A stretch of DNA of 40,763 bases from Octopus bimaculoides (lineage: Eukaryota), in the NCBI RefSeq assembly GCF_001194135.2, contig NC_068987.1, positions 67,871,157-67,911,919 on the forward strand, written 5' to 3'. Every line of letters starts with the position of its first letter. Within the stretch, counting starts at the first letter, position 1. The position numbers were made by a program, and so were the translations under genes. Below the pieces are notes generated by a model. The model did not search any database, was not told where the DNA came from, and was given only the letters and a program-made list of their open reading frames with translations. Positions 1 to 13,986 of this stretch are shown piece by piece.

Positions 1-403
1 TGCTGGTTATTCTCGATATTGCTCCAATCTGGCCAGCCCCAAGGAAAAACTAAGCTAAGAGCATTAGATTCCTTGGAACAAAGCAGCGAATGCATACTTT
101 CTATACACGCCAGCTTAATTTTAGTCGTCCGTCGTCGAAAGACATCTGTTGTTATGTCCTGTTATTATTCCTAATGTATTTGTGTAATATTGTTGGTTTT
201 TTACCGTCCTTGTTTTTGTATACATTCGCTGAGGACGGTCGTGTTGGAGAGATAAGGGCAAGCGCGGCAGCGTGAGGGGGGGGGCAAGGGAACGAGCCAG
301 GTTTGGAGGTTGGGTTGGGGAAGAAGCTGTGGACCAAGAGGTCTCGTAGGCTATGGGCATGTTTGAAGGAGGGGAGGGGTCGGTTATGTATGTATACGCT
401 CAT
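1..403 (-). mobile_element. Penelope-like retroelement fragment (region between RT and GIY-YIG endonuclease), frameshifted
   Basis: Minus strand reads PLPSFKHAHSLRDLLVHS...PGSFPC and, after a frameshift in the G9 run (276-284), SRCRACPYLSNTT. This matches the PxxxFRRxxxLRDxLVxS...PGxFPCxxxRCxxCP linker of PLE ORFs. Left boundary lies outside the window or is uncertain. Confidence 0.7.
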
Positions 404-2401
404 GACATTCGTGGTTCAGTTTTGGGATTTTAGATGGTGCAATAAATAGTCAATTATTATTTATACTGGCAGGTTATCCCTGTTTTATGATATACTTTCA
501 TTTCAAGGAATATGTATAGTAAAATATTTTAATTGTCCCAAATTGTGAAGAGAAGTTTGAGAACCACTACTGAACAATGATTTTTATGAGAAGAACTGTT
601 CTGGAGATTAATCATTTGCAATGGAAGTTTTCAACTAATATCAATGTAGACAAAAATTTTGAAATCAATTAAATATTTTCTTTCCTTTACACTCCCAGGT
701 GAATAATGCCCCAGTACTATTCTAAGTTTACTACAGCGCTATGCGATCCTACAATCACCTAGAACGTGTACATATATGCAATAATCGAGATGTATCTATC
801 GTTACAAATTGTTATGCATATTTTGAACCCCAACGACAAAACATAACTAAACTTTTGACGGGAAATTTTACTGGAATTTATAACAAAAATTACGGACGTT
901 ACATATCGTTCGCTTATACACGCAAACGCACACACACACACACACATACACACACACATACTTTTAATAATCGTTATTCCTGTATAAACCCCACCGAGTC
1001 CCGCAAAATATTTCAGAATATGCCCGTAACTTGTGCAGAGATCAATGCGCCCATTAATATTTCGAAAGATGTTTCTCTGGAGCTGCGGGAATGTACGTGT
1101 TCCCTAATCTGAATTAAACTTTTTGTTGCTGAAATTATAAGTGATTTTCCTTTTTGCCAATATAAACGTACTATTTTAGAAGTGAATATCAATGATTGGT
1201 TAAGAGAAATTGGTGATATCGGGTCGTAGTGCAGGTTTTGTTTTAGTTGTTCCGGCATTTATTCTCTCCATATAAGTATACGCACTTGTTTGACGGGCTT
1301 CGTGCTTCTAATTCTGAATGAAACTTTATGACATTGTCTACCATTACTTTCTTTAGATTCTCAACATCCTTTATACAGGCATTACCATAACATCTAAGTA
1401 TCTGTTATATGTCATGTCCTTGTGTTTACGTATTATCTGTTGTCTACTGTGATAAGTAGAACACCGTAAAACGCCGTTAAATAGAACACCTTAGGTCCTA
1501 AAGGAAAAGACATACCCACCCGATATGAATCTTTATATAAATTACCTTCTCGATAATAATACACACATATACAAACACAGACACATATATATGCATACAG
1601 GAAAATATGAGAATAAGACATGGAGAAAGGAAGAAGGAAATGAAATGAACTGAAAAGAAAATGATTGAAATGAAAACAGGTAAAATTGAATGAATAAATA
1701 CATGAAGTTGACTAAAATATGTTTCTGACAGATATTAACTATAAGTCGTACAAACTCAGATATAAAGACACACTATCACTGGTACAAATCGATGACCTAT
1801 AAATAGAAATGAATGTATCAACAAAATAAAGAAATTGATAAATAATAAAATATTTATGAATTGCATAATTTTGAAGCTTATTTCGTTAATCTAGTTAGAA
1901 ATATACAATGAATAATATTATATCAATTGACAGGTTGTATGTGAATATAGGATAAATATTGTTGTGGTGAACAGATATTGAGTAAGTTAACAATGCAAGC
2001 ATATGTGATATATTTCGCAATGTAAATTCCGAAACAGTATGTTTGGAATCTCTAACCATAAAGCTAGTGCTTAAAAATAATGACCAAACACAAACAATAA
2101 GATTAAAAATGAACGACGTTCGTGTACGGCAGTAATATTTTACAAAAATACTTTTTTTCTACCCAGTAAATACATATATTACCACAAGGAGTATTTTGAA
2201 TGATGTACGAACTTAAGTAGGAGTCGAACGTCACTATATAACGGAGAGTTAATCATGTCAATGGATCGATGGTTTCGGGAAGTCTATCAATAACAGGAAA
2301 TATAATATACAAAGTCGACGGTTTCCTTTCTTGTTACTTGATCAGCACTTTGGTAAGATCATCACCAAAGATCTTTCTCCCTGAGACCACATATCTTTCC
2401 T

Positions 2402-2632
2402 TATTTCTTTACTGCCCACAAGGGGCTACACACAGAGGGGACAAACAAGGACAGACAAACGGATTAAGTCGGTTATATCGACCCCAGTGCGTAACTGGTA
2501 CTTCTTTAATCGACCCCGAAAGGATGAAAGGCAAAGTCGACCTCGGCGGAATTTGAACTCAGAATGTAGCGGCAGACGAAATACCGCTATGCATTTCGCC
2601 CCGCGTGCTAACGTTTCCGCCAGCTCACCGCC
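2402..2632 (-). mobile_element. tRNA-derived SINE, near full length
   Basis: Minus strand starts GGCGGTGAGCTGGCGGAAACGTTAGC (A-box-like), has B box GAGTTCAAATTCC, a central GTCGACTTTGCCTTTCATCCTTTCGGGGTCGAT..AAGTACC block (Nin/Deu-like domain) and a TAAAGAAATA tail. Homologous copies at 17.3 and 31.3 kb. Confidence 0.85.
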
Positions 2633-3009
2633 CCAATATCTTTCCTAATAAGTGAAATGTCGTGGTTCTTTCACTTGATATGTATAGCAACATAATTTTC
2701 ATCAAGAAATAAATCAGTACTACAAGATTTCAAGAATGCATGTGTGGTCTACTTCTACAAGAGGAAAGGTGATCGTATGATCAGTGTACGTTCTTAAAAA
2801 AGGATGAATCTAAGTAAAAGAATAAGCACACAAGCTGCTAAAATATGGTATACTTTTGAATGTAGATTTGCACTATTAGACTTTACTCAAGTTAACTGCA
2901 CACTAAAAACATTTTTAACAGGGGTTCTTAAATACTTCGGTTTTAATAAGAAAATTTGATATTGGTTTAGCAGTCGATTTGTGAATGCTCACTGTTTTGG
3001 TATTAATGT

Positions 3010-3100
3010 TGGAGTCGGTAAAAATGCCTTACGGCAATTGAATATGACGCTTTCATTTCTGAGTTCAAATATCACTGAAGTCAACTTTGTCTTTCATCCT
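3010..3100 (+). mobile_element. Degenerate SINE, same family as 2402-2632
   Basis: TTCTGAGTTCAAATATCACTGAAGTCAACTTTGTCTTTCATCCTT aligns to the B box plus central domain of the 2402-2632 copy. Confidence 0.5.
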
Positions 3101-3721
3101 TATGTACAATTTGGGTTGCCATAAAAAATGATAATAGCATGCCTCATACTATGGACCAATATTTACATCTAGGGTTCATAACATATTTGCATAAATTCTT
3201 CACATACGTTTATGTATACACACCTTTATATGTTTTCTTTACCTTCCTCATTGAATTATTTGAATCTATCCAATGAATTAGGAACTGGTTTCTAAATAAG
3301 GAACAGAGACCAGAAAGACAGACACTGTGAAACTACTATATTATCTACCACCGACCCGTCCAATTCCTCCCTTCTCTCAATCCCTATATTTTATTTATTT
3401 GTATACTTTTCTTTCTCTCCTTTCTCCCCTTCTATTAGTTATTTCTCCTCTCATTTATATAGCCCTCACATACTGTGCCCTCCACGCATTGTGTTTAAAT
3501 CTTTGCATCAACATGTACCTGCTTGCAACAATGTAACCTTTGATATATTCAGGATATCCTTGGCTTGAAGTTTAGCGGTCGTTATACACTTTACTCGGAT
3601 TTTACCACTTTTGAGGTTCTATTCGCTATGAAACATATGTAGCCCGGATTTCCCATACTCCATTCCGTAACTCTTGTATATATATATATATATAAATATC
3701 AAGTTGAAACTTACTTGCATG

Positions 3722-3759
<38 letters not shown>

Positions 3760-6138
3760 GGTGTGTGGGTGTGCTTATTGATAAATTCTTACATGGATAC
3801 ACGGAAACTTACAATGCAAATATTCGTATAAAAACACCGCATAATCATACATAATGATTAGTGGAATTAACATTGCATTTTTGTAACTGTATCTAAGTAT
3901 GTCAACCGGGTTATAAATATTTTCCTAAAAATATTTTTACCTTTCACAAATTATTTTCATACTTACCGTCAGATTTGGTGTTTCGATTGGATGAAAATTT
4001 CTCTTCATTTTAACACAGATATTGCAATATCAATTTCAATGAAACATAGACATAAATTGAACAAACTATAGGCACATCCATGTTTTTCTACAACATAGAA
4101 AATTTATGCGCTAAACACGCCACTAAAAAACAAAATCAATCATCTACACTGTTGCTCGACCTGCTTGCTGTAAGCAGCGCGTCATTGAAATCAAACTTTC
4201 CTCTCCTGAAAAGGATCGCATATTATGATACAATATAATGCAATTCTATGTATGCCATAACAGTTAGCCAACTTGATATAACCATAAATAAATAATGATT
4301 TATCTGATTTACAATTCAATACATGTTGTAGGAGACAATCATAGTGTGAAATAAAAAAAAATAATGACCTAATAGATGTCTAGTATTCATTGTATTGACA
4401 CACAGCGAGTAGAAGTCAAACATGACTTCTAGGGATTCATAAGAAGATTGCATTTACATTTAATGCAGTTAACTAACTGTTTTCTATACATCTACCCCTC
4501 TACTCTCTGGGATACGTATATATTTAGCAATCATATTTTACTTTTAAGGCTTTTTTCTCTCTTAGCTCGGTTTGATATTCTTTACCTCATAATTTTCTAA
4601 AGATGTAATTATAATGTTTATGCTTCCATTGTAGTAGTCTAATTATATGTGTCATTATACTTCAGTATATAATTTTCGAAATAGTTTTGTTTAATGCATG
4701 ACTCTTTTATGGAGTTAAAAAAAAGGTATCTTACAGTAACATCACGATGTGTAAATACTCAAAAACAACACTAAAAAATAATAAATTCACTGCATGTTGA
4801 CAAAACATCAAAAATGACAAAATTTTACGCAAAAGCTATTCACACACTTACGCATGCACACACATGCACATACAAATACACACACACACAGATACACATA
4901 CACACACAGAGACACACGCACACATATGCGCAGACATATACATACACATGCATACACATTGATACACACATATATGTATGTTTGTATATATATATTTTTA
5001 CATCACGCATAATCACGCATATATGTGCATATCTACGTGATTGCCGATTTTTCTGTAGATCCATGGTTGTGATTACATCAAAATATGTGACGCAATAATG
5101 AATGCATGACTATATGTGAGAATACGAGACTGATTGTACTCATTAAAATATTCATTCGTTAATTTGCCTCTGTTGAAGGTTACGCCCAAACAAGTGAAAA
5201 TTAACAAGAGGTTAGAGAACAACATAGTTACACCTCAAAACAAACGTGTGATGAACAATTAGGAGAAATGTCTTAACAAAAATATCATCCTCAGGTCATA
5301 ACAAGAAGAGGCGGAAGAATAAGAACTATATCCCATTAATACCTTAGCTATTAATGAGAGACCAGGAAACATAAACAACGATATTTAGTTTATTGAATGT
5401 TCAACATAAAGCATGAGGAATTGATATGCAACCAAGGTCAGGTCTGATAACAGTATTCTAAAAATATGCATTAGACTAGCTATCATTTCAGGTGTTATGA
5501 GATTTAGACTATGTACTAAGCAAATATTCTAGTTGTGGTTTTTATATCATGTCTATGTTATGAAATATTGGTACGTTGTGTGTCAGCGATACATTCTGAA
5601 TCTAAGGTTGTGCTATTTCAATTAATACGATTCTAATAGATATATTCAATGAGTGTTTCTCACTCGCATCGCCTTCTTTACATTCCCTGAGATTTTAAGT
5701 CTTCAGCACTATAATAGTTTTTCGTATTTTCTGTCTATCCCGAGGCTAATTTATAAACTTTAATTGTTTTAAAAGTACGGGCTTCCAAGGATGATATATA
5801 CTAATGCAATTTTTTTCAAGGTTATCAGTGAAACAAAATTGATAAAATAGTAAAGGCTAGGCTTTGAAATCCATCAGTTGTTTGATCTGTCGGTAGGCTA
5901 ACTCTCACAATAGTCATATCCATGGTAACATATAACACAACGATTTATACTGAAGACAAATATGATATTAACTTTGTAGGTCAACATCTAATTCAGGTAA
6001 AGAAGATGACTGGGAAACATTTATTTCTGTCATTATTTTTATTGTTTTATTTCATCTCGTAGCATCTGCGATCACGTCACATGAATGTTTTTTCTTTTGC
6101 CAAGCTTTTCCACTTACTCAATGCATTTAACAAAAGAA

Positions 6139-6324
<186 letters not shown>

Positions 6325-8037
6325 TTAGTAAAACGTGAAGCGAATGATTTTCCTAAGTTACACCTTTTATAGTTATTTATCTATTTTTTTTACTGAGATC
6401 TAATTCTGACGCATTTGGTTTCATGATTTGCTTTCTTGGATATGGTGAAACATTAGCAGCTGTAGAATGCCTATAATGCAGTTCCTCAATACCTTTAAAA
6501 ACTTGATTAGTGTGTTGGCGATACAAATCAATAATCATTGTCCTCTTATCCCATATTTGGCTACTACACTTTTCATTCTGTAATCATGTTTGCTCCATAC
6601 ACTCCACTGACGTGATGATAAATAAGTAAAATAAAGGTAATATACAGAATGCCATACATTTCCACTAGCAAGAAAAACAATGATCAATGTTATCGAATGT
6701 AAGACAAAAGATTTGTCTGTGTTAGATATAAGGTACAAATGGGGCATGTGTTTCAGTCACTTTGATCGCATCTTCATAGTATAGTCTAGGCTTGCACATC
6801 AATGGATAAATTTTAGCATACTGTGAAAATGTAACGACTATTTATTACCAGAATAAATATCCTAATTAAACATAAAATGAGCTATGGGAAATAATTAGAC
6901 CGGCCAAAGGCATGAGTTTGGATAATTAAGTCAAAAGCTGATGAACTAAATACTGTCCGCCAAAAAATTATACGTAATTGAAATTTACAATTTAGATAAA
7001 AAGAAATAAAAACCTTACAGCAATTGTTAGAGACTCTCAATGAGAGAACAGATGTAACTTCTAAAAATGAAGAAATAATTTCTCTACTTCATTCACTTGC
7101 ATATACATCCGATCATTGAAATTCGTTGTTCGTATTAAGCCACAAGTCACGCCGGATAGAGAAGAAACATGATCAAAAATGTTCCTGCTGAAACCATATA
7201 ATACCCGACACTACACTTAGATTTGACGACTGCACGGTATATAGTTAAGTAATTCACTTTGTAATAATCAGGTTTTGGCTTAAATCAATTTGTATATTGG
7301 GCACATAATTCCTTCTCTTTTCATTTTTTGTTCTGGCGTTATTCATTCTGTTGTTGAATTCTGTTAATTTTTCAGTGACGTTTTTCATGTTTCTGATTGC
7401 AGACAGCATTAATTCTTCTCAACACAAAACAGTTTTTCAAACCCAATATTGCACTTATGATGGTGTCACTGCGTTTAACAAAGACAATAACGCCTTCCTT
7501 TCTCGGTTTTGTTATTATTATGAAATAGATTATTCGATTCTTCATTCGAAACACCTTTTATTGAAGCACTAAGAAATGATATTGGCTTCAGAGTACTTGT
7601 GAAAAGAACGATAAATGCCTAACAAGCAGTTGCCCTCAATACCCAATGGTAGAATGCAGAAAAATAAGAGGTTTATCTCCTTAGCTTTTAGTATTTAATT
7701 TACAGACATTACACTTTTGCGTTCGGAATGGCTACAACACATAATTAATCGGCATCACAAAACGCTACAAGTTCTGAAAAAGAATACAAAATCGAGACAC
7801 AAAACGTAACATAGAAATGTACAAGACTAAGAAGAAAATCAACATTATAATTAATAAGTGATAGAAAGAAGTGTGCTAAATAGTGAGTTAAGTATTTATT
7901 TATCTCCAGCCTTCAATAGGTGTCTTGAGGAAATTTCAAATGAGAACTCAGGTTCGAAATTTCCCCCAAGACCCCTCATGAAGGCTGGAGGGTATATCAG
8001 CAAAAACGTAATGAGAGAGAAAGAGTTAGAGTGAGAG

Positions 8038-8113
8038 GGAGAGGAACAGAGAGAGAGAGTGGTGATAGAAAGTGTGTGTGTGTGTATGTCTGTGCTTATA
8101 GATAGATAGACAG

Positions 8114-8176
<63 letters not shown>

Positions 8177-8180
8177 CACA
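8038..8180. repeat. Compound microsatellite (GA)n/(TG)n/(GATA)n
   Basis: Directly visible. Confidence 0.95.
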
Positions 8181-8234
8181 CATATCTATACATATATGTA
8201 TAGATATGTGTAAACTGTAAATAGGGGATTGTCA

Positions 8235-9822
8235 TCTATATATCTGATGAAACAAATTTTGAAATTGAAATCAAATGTTATTCAAACGTAATCTGATTCG
8301 GACAAATATATTTTATCTAATAAAATAAATAAATAAATAAAATTTTGAAATTGAAATAAAATGTTACTCAAAATGTGGAGGTTTTATCTTTTTTATCGCG
8401 GATGCCAGTAACTTGCGCGGGTGCGCGCGTACAGAAACAATGTGCGGCAGTCATAGTATCAAGCTGTTAATACCTTGCTGTCTATTGGGCTAAAATTACC
8501 CAAATTTCCAAACTTTAATTCCAAACATCAGATTCTTAATTTACGTGATAACGTAAGAATTATCATAATTCAAAACTGCATCGATACACCAAAATTGGAA
8601 ACAATCTGAGCAAAATTAAGGGATGCTGATCTTGTGAGTGAAACATAGATGATCCGAATTGCCTATAACAGCCCGTTTTTATCAATTTTTTTCTTTGTGT
8701 TTTATATGCATATTATCTTGTATTTCTGTTGTGCTCATAAACTGCATTCATCATGAACCGGTAGCAAAAACTGAAAGCTACTCGCGCGAGAATGAGGCTC
8801 TACAAGCAGAGGATAAGGGAGGAGCAAAGGCAGGAAATCTTAGAGAAGAGACAATCAACGCCAGCAGCTTTGACGAGCATCAATGAAGGGTGAACTACGC
8901 GAGAAACATCTACCTCAAGATAGGAGGAGACAACAAATAAGACGAGAAATTATGAATGAGGAACAGCGTGCACAGTACCACGAGCAGCAGAGAAACGTAT
9001 TTCTGTAAAGAGTAGAGAACTTGGATCAACATGACAGGGTTATTTATCAGCAAAACCAAAGGGGAAGATATCGAGAAAGGGTTCAAAATATGAATGCTGG
9101 TGAAATTGACAATTTAAGGAGGCATCAGATGCGGCGACAGCGTGTGAGAAGACATACGTCAGTGCAGAACAGAGTTATTGCTCATGAATTTGAACAATTT
9201 GACATAAGAGAACTAAACATTATATGTGAACACTGTGGTGCGCTTAGGTTTAGAAATGAAAATAACAGTTGTTGTCACAATGGAAAAGTGAACGTGCCTG
9301 CATTGCAGCCATATCCAGAGATACTAAAAGATTTATTTGAAGGAAACGATCAAGAGCCTATTTCAGTCCGTAGAAATATCAGAAATCACAATTATACCTT
9401 CTCTTTGCGTCATTTGAAGTCAAACTGGCAGCACCTCCATGAAGGGTTCCGTATTGCTAACGCATTCAGAGCCAAACCTATCATACGACGACAAATCTGC
9501 ATCCTGCTAATGATCAAACGCAATACGGCCAGTTATACATCATTGATGCAGATGAAGCTCTGCAGTAACGGATGGATTCGCCTCAAAATTCTGAGTGTTC
9601 TCTTGTTACTATGATAAAATAAGCGATGTTAATCTACCAAATTAATCCTTATGCAGAATTGTACAAGAACATGCATGCAATTGAACAACAAGAAGAGGAG
9701 AGAGCCAGAAGAGACAATGTTCTAATACGGAGATGTGAGTTACGTTTCAGGAAAGGGTCCGATATCAGGCGCTACAATTTCCCCACCAGCAAAGAAATAG
9801 CATTTTTCCTCAACAATGAGTA
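8235..9822 (+). mobile_element. Helitron, 5' portion, 3'-truncated
   Basis: RepHel N-terminal motifs in translation. Candidate A|TC 5' termini at 8235 and 8316. Truncated at 9822 by a LINE fragment. No CTRR 3' end or helicase present. Confidence 0.8.
8753..9822 (+). pseudogene. Helitron RepHel N-terminal region, disrupted by stops and frameshifts
   Basis: R/Q/E-rich repeated helical segment, then CEHCGALRFRNENNSCCHNGKVNVPALQPYPEILKDLF..NIRNHNY (Helitron zinc-finger-like motif), PYCxRIQSQTYH..QYGQLYIIDA, INPYAELYKNM and RRYNFPTSKEIA. All are characteristic of the region upstream of the Helitron Rep domain. Confidence 0.85.
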
Positions 9823-10466
9823 GGCGTGGTCGCCGTTCGTCTCACTGATGGAGCTAGAGTGCAGGGTCAAGCGCACACCAAGAAAGGGCGCTTGGCACCA
9901 GGAGTGTCAGCATGCGCTCGATAACTTCAGCCAGTCGAGCAACGCGGTCGGTGGAATTTCCACTATAGTGTTCTTTAGAGGACTAGTGGAGGGCAAGTGC
10001 TATGACGTACTCGGAGAAACTCTGGGCGTCGAGGGGGATCAACTAACTGGCTTTTTCCGACCTTTGGACAAGGGCCTATGGATACATTCCAGAAATTCCT
10101 GGTCTGGCACTGCTACTGGGGAACTCCGCCGATTCGAGTCAAGCTCTACAGACACGGAAGTGCTGTCAGACGGACCTGTCCGAGGTGTGTGCAGAGCGAT
10201 GAAACCGTCCTGGTTGTACTCATCTAGAGGTCGTGCAATACTGACCTGAGGAGCTTTGTTGAACAGCTGTTGTGACGTGCAGGACGGATTCGGTTATCAG
10301 CCAAGTCCATTGTGAGGATCCCCCACCATCGCCTCCTTTTGGCCAGGAGGGAAAGGCAGTTTTCCTCTGCCCGGTGGCTATAGCGAAAGAGGTAGTGTTG
10401 TGGACGAGGCCGAAAGGACTAAAGATAGACACATTTCTCTTCGGCCAAGCCCCCATTGATGTTTTC

Positions 10467-10467
<1 letters not shown>
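9823..10467 (+). mobile_element. Non-LTR retrotransposon (L1/Tx1 clade) ORF2 C-terminal fragment with zf-RVT motif
   Basis: Abrupt rise in GC. A plus frame reads TFGQGPMDTFQKFLVWHCYWGTPPIRVKLYRHGSAVRRTCPRCVQSDETVL (zf-RVT CxxC..E.. motif). Contains internal stops and frameshifts. Confidence 0.8.

Positions 10468-10529
<62 letters not shown>
10468..10529. repeat. (AGT)n microsatellite abutting the LINE fragment
   Basis: Directly visible. Confidence 0.95.
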
Positions 10530-11302
10530 AATGATTATAGTTGTTAAAAAGTCTGTCGTTGTATTATAAAAATATCATTATCAGCAAATTATAAGCAAAA
10601 CATTACTTGCAGAAATTAGTGCCCACATTGCCTATGATTGTGATATTGCTGGTGCTGCTGCTGCTGCCGCCGCTGATGATGGTGGGGGTGATAATGATAA
10701 TGACGATGATGATGATGTATATGGTGATGATGTTGTTGATGTCAATAAAAGGAATAAGTACAGGCAACAACAAAGATAATAAGCAAAATAAGTATGTAGG
10801 TTTCTCACACTCCGCACTCCCTCGCTACAAAGTAATTTATGTCGTCTACCACAACCGTTAACCACCTCTCTTTCTACAATTTCCTCGCTGTGTATCCCTT
10901 TTCACCTCCACTCTCCAAATCTTCACTGTCCCTGTCTTACATATTAATAAAGTTCTCGTGTTTCTGTTCCTTCTTTCTTTCTTTTTCCCTGCCTCTGTCT
11001 GTCTGTCTATCTGTCTGTCTATCTTTGTCTCTGTCTCTCTCTGTCTGTCTGTCTCTCTTCGAAATGGAACGCAATTATGAATTCTCTGAGCGTATACTCA
11101 TTTCTTTTCATCTCGCGACATGCATAAAGGAATAATTAAATATTCTCACAGGGAATCAGTTGTGTTCACCAAGGTGTTTTGCTAGCATCGTTGGTTTATT
11201 GGTTAATAATAGTGCAAAATCAAATTTTGTATTCAAAAACTAAAACCATAATAAAAATCATATGAATAAATTTTACAAAATGAATATATATATATATATA
11301 TA

Positions 11303-11568
11303 NNNNNNNNNNNNNNNNNNNNNNNNNNNNNNNNNNNNNNNNNNNNNNNNNNNNNNNNNNNNNNNNNNNNNNNNNNNNNNNNNNNNNNNNNNNNNNNNNN
11401 NNNNNNNNNNNNNNNNNNNNNNNNNNNNNNNNNNNNNNNNNNNNNNNNNNNNNNNNNNNNNNNNNNNNNNNNNNNNNNNNNNNNNNNNNNNNNNNNNNNN
11501 NNNNNNNNNNNNNNNNNNNNNNNNNNNNNNNNNNNNNNNNNNNNNNNNNNNNNNNNNNNNNNNNNNNN
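11303..11568. other. Assembly gap (N-run)
   Basis: N characters. Other gaps: 14881-15721, 22122-22395, 28553-29120, 32313-33151, 34110-34847, 35428-35809, 38852-39518. Confidence 1.
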
Positions 11569-11626
11569 TCTACGTTTTTCTTCTACGTCGATGTAAATTT
11601 GTGCCTATGTGTATATGTTGTGTATG

Positions 11627-11691
<65 letters not shown>

Positions 11692-11826
11692 CACATACAC
11701 ACACACATACACACACACATACACATACATACATACACATACCTATATATACCTATATACACACGAATATAAGCATATTTGTATGTGTGTACTAGTGTGT
11801 ATTTATATATATATATAAATATATAA

Positions 11827-11866
<40 letters not shown>

Positions 11867-12179
11867 AAATCTATCTATCTAGAGAGAGAGAAGGAGAGAG
11901 AAAGAAGGAGAGAGAGAGGGGAGACAGAATGGAGAGAGAGGGATGGGGAGAGAGAGAATGTGTGTGTAAATAACATAGATTCATATATTTGCATGCCTGT
12001 ACATGACCGCATAGATGTGTATAAACATGTATAGGTGCATATATGTGAACATGCATATAATTGTTTATATAGGCGCGTGCGCATATACGCGCGCACACAC
12101 ACACATACACACACACACACATACACACACACACATATATATATACATATATATATACATGCATACAAATATGTTTGTG

Positions 12180-12234
<55 letters not shown>

Positions 12235-12869
12235 TTACGCTTTGTGTGTGTGTGCGTATGTGCGCACGGTTATTTTTCTTGTAGCTTTATTGATGTATTT
12301 ATCTATGTTTGTATCCGAGCGGCCAATAAGTCATGTAATAATTCAATTATATATTCCTCTGCGCCAATAATATTCCGTTATTCTTTGATTGGTTAATTCT
12401 TCCTAATTTTCAAGGAAACTTTTATCGTGTGATTTTTATAATTATTTCATTATTATTTCTAAAATGCTATGAAAAAATAATTTTTTAAAAATGGATTAAC
12501 ATAGACATTAAAAAAATAATTTGTGAGTAGAATGTTGACAGTTTTTCACTATGTGAATTAGAAGCAAATATTTAATTTTAAAATATTTTAAATCCATTAA
12601 GATAACAGTAGCAGGCTTGTGGCTTCCTTTTGGAGAAATATATTAAACAGTTTCATCTTCAGTGATTTTCCATATATTTTGTAAACACTTTTGAAATTAC
12701 TTTTCCCAAACCATAGTATTTTGTAGGCATCTTTTAAATATATGACAATATATGTCAAACAGGAGTGGGAGATTCTATCAATATCACTATATGCTGGAAA
12801 GGATAACTAGATCTCCTTCAAATCATGTTCTATTGTTACTAGAAATTAAGAAGAAATGCTGACGATTAT

Positions 12870-13080
12870 TCTTTTACTCTTTTATTTTTTTTTCTTGTTT
12901 CAGTCATTTGACTGCGGCCATGCTGGAGCAGCGCCTTTAGTAAAGCAAATCGACACGAGGAGTTATTCTTTGTAACGCTAGTACTTGCTCTATCGGTTTC
13001 TTTTGCCGAACCACTAAGTTACGGAGATATAAACACACCAACATCGGTTATCAAGCGATGGTTAGGAGACAAATACAGAC
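12870..13080 (-). mobile_element. SINE body and 3' tail (second family), diverged copy
   Basis: Aligns along its length to 32064-32275. Minus-strand end ...CAGCATGGCCGCAGTCAAATGACTGAAACAAG(A)nTAAAAGAGTAAAAGA; other end merges into a (TACA)n tract. Confidence 0.8.
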
Positions 13081-13831
13081 ACACAAATACATACATACAT
13101 ACATACATACAAACAGAACGACAGACAATTATATTGAAGATTCTGAAACTCGCTTTCACGCTCTTGTCAAGCAATGAATTGAAAATTCTTGATTTTAGTC
13201 TTGTTTATAACATAACTCTTACAAGCAAAGTGAAATTAAATCAATAAATATAGATTCCTGAAGGATATTTTAAAACAGGAAATTGGTAGGTGTTAATTAA
13301 TGTAAAGATGAATAAACCAGCAAAGAGAAAATATAGAAACGACAATTAGTAACTTTGTAAACATAGAAAGCCTGAATGTTATAGGATATCATTGTTTACT
13401 GGTTGGTTGCACATTTATTGATGTCAGACAATCGAACGTTTGTGAAAGGTATCATGAACTACATTCTCAAAGGCTAGAATATTTTTGCAAGCAATAAATC
13501 TCCAGCCACACTCACATTTGAATTGTAATGGTACAAAATTATTACATTACAGTTCTTCAAGTTTATCACTTCACTTATCTATTATTTATGAATTTAATAA
13601 GTACTTCTTTCTTTTTAATAGCATTTTCGGCAACCTGTTTAGCAGTAACTTCATTATTCTTATTTCCATCTACCTTATATGTACCTGTATTTTTAAAATC
13701 TTTATGTCTTTCATGTTTCATGCATATGTAGTATTACCTGATGGTCTCATCACTGAACTTTGACATCCCACCCTAAAAATGTGCATATGTCCATAAATGA
13801 TTAGTTTGTGTACGTTATGTATTGTGCATGA

Positions 13832-13874
<43 letters not shown>

Positions 13875-13986
13875 CGTGCGTGAGTCATCTAAGAGACAAT
13901 AATTCAGGGAAAAGATGCACTCGTATATCTGTCAGTAGTGTGGGTATATTATCCGAAATACATGTGTATTAATTATCTATCACAGC

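Noticed and set aside
84-240. Possible hammerhead in the PLE fragment: GAAA 137-140 with a GACAU/AUGUC hairpin, CUGAGGA 229-235, a 14-nt inverted repeat 84-97/218-231 and ACCGTCCT/AGGACGGT
   Set aside because: A15.1 would face C rather than U, no NUH precedes the candidate helix I strand and no consistent three-helix junction could be drawn. It may be a decayed remnant, but that is unsupported from this copy.
3606-3646. GAAA-CATATG-TA palindromic helix III-like motif
   Set aside because: Upstream core reads CUUUUGA, and neither stem II nor helix I pairs.
8244-8275. CUGAUGA followed closely by GAAA
   Set aside because: No credible stem II or helix I; chance match in AT-rich sequence.
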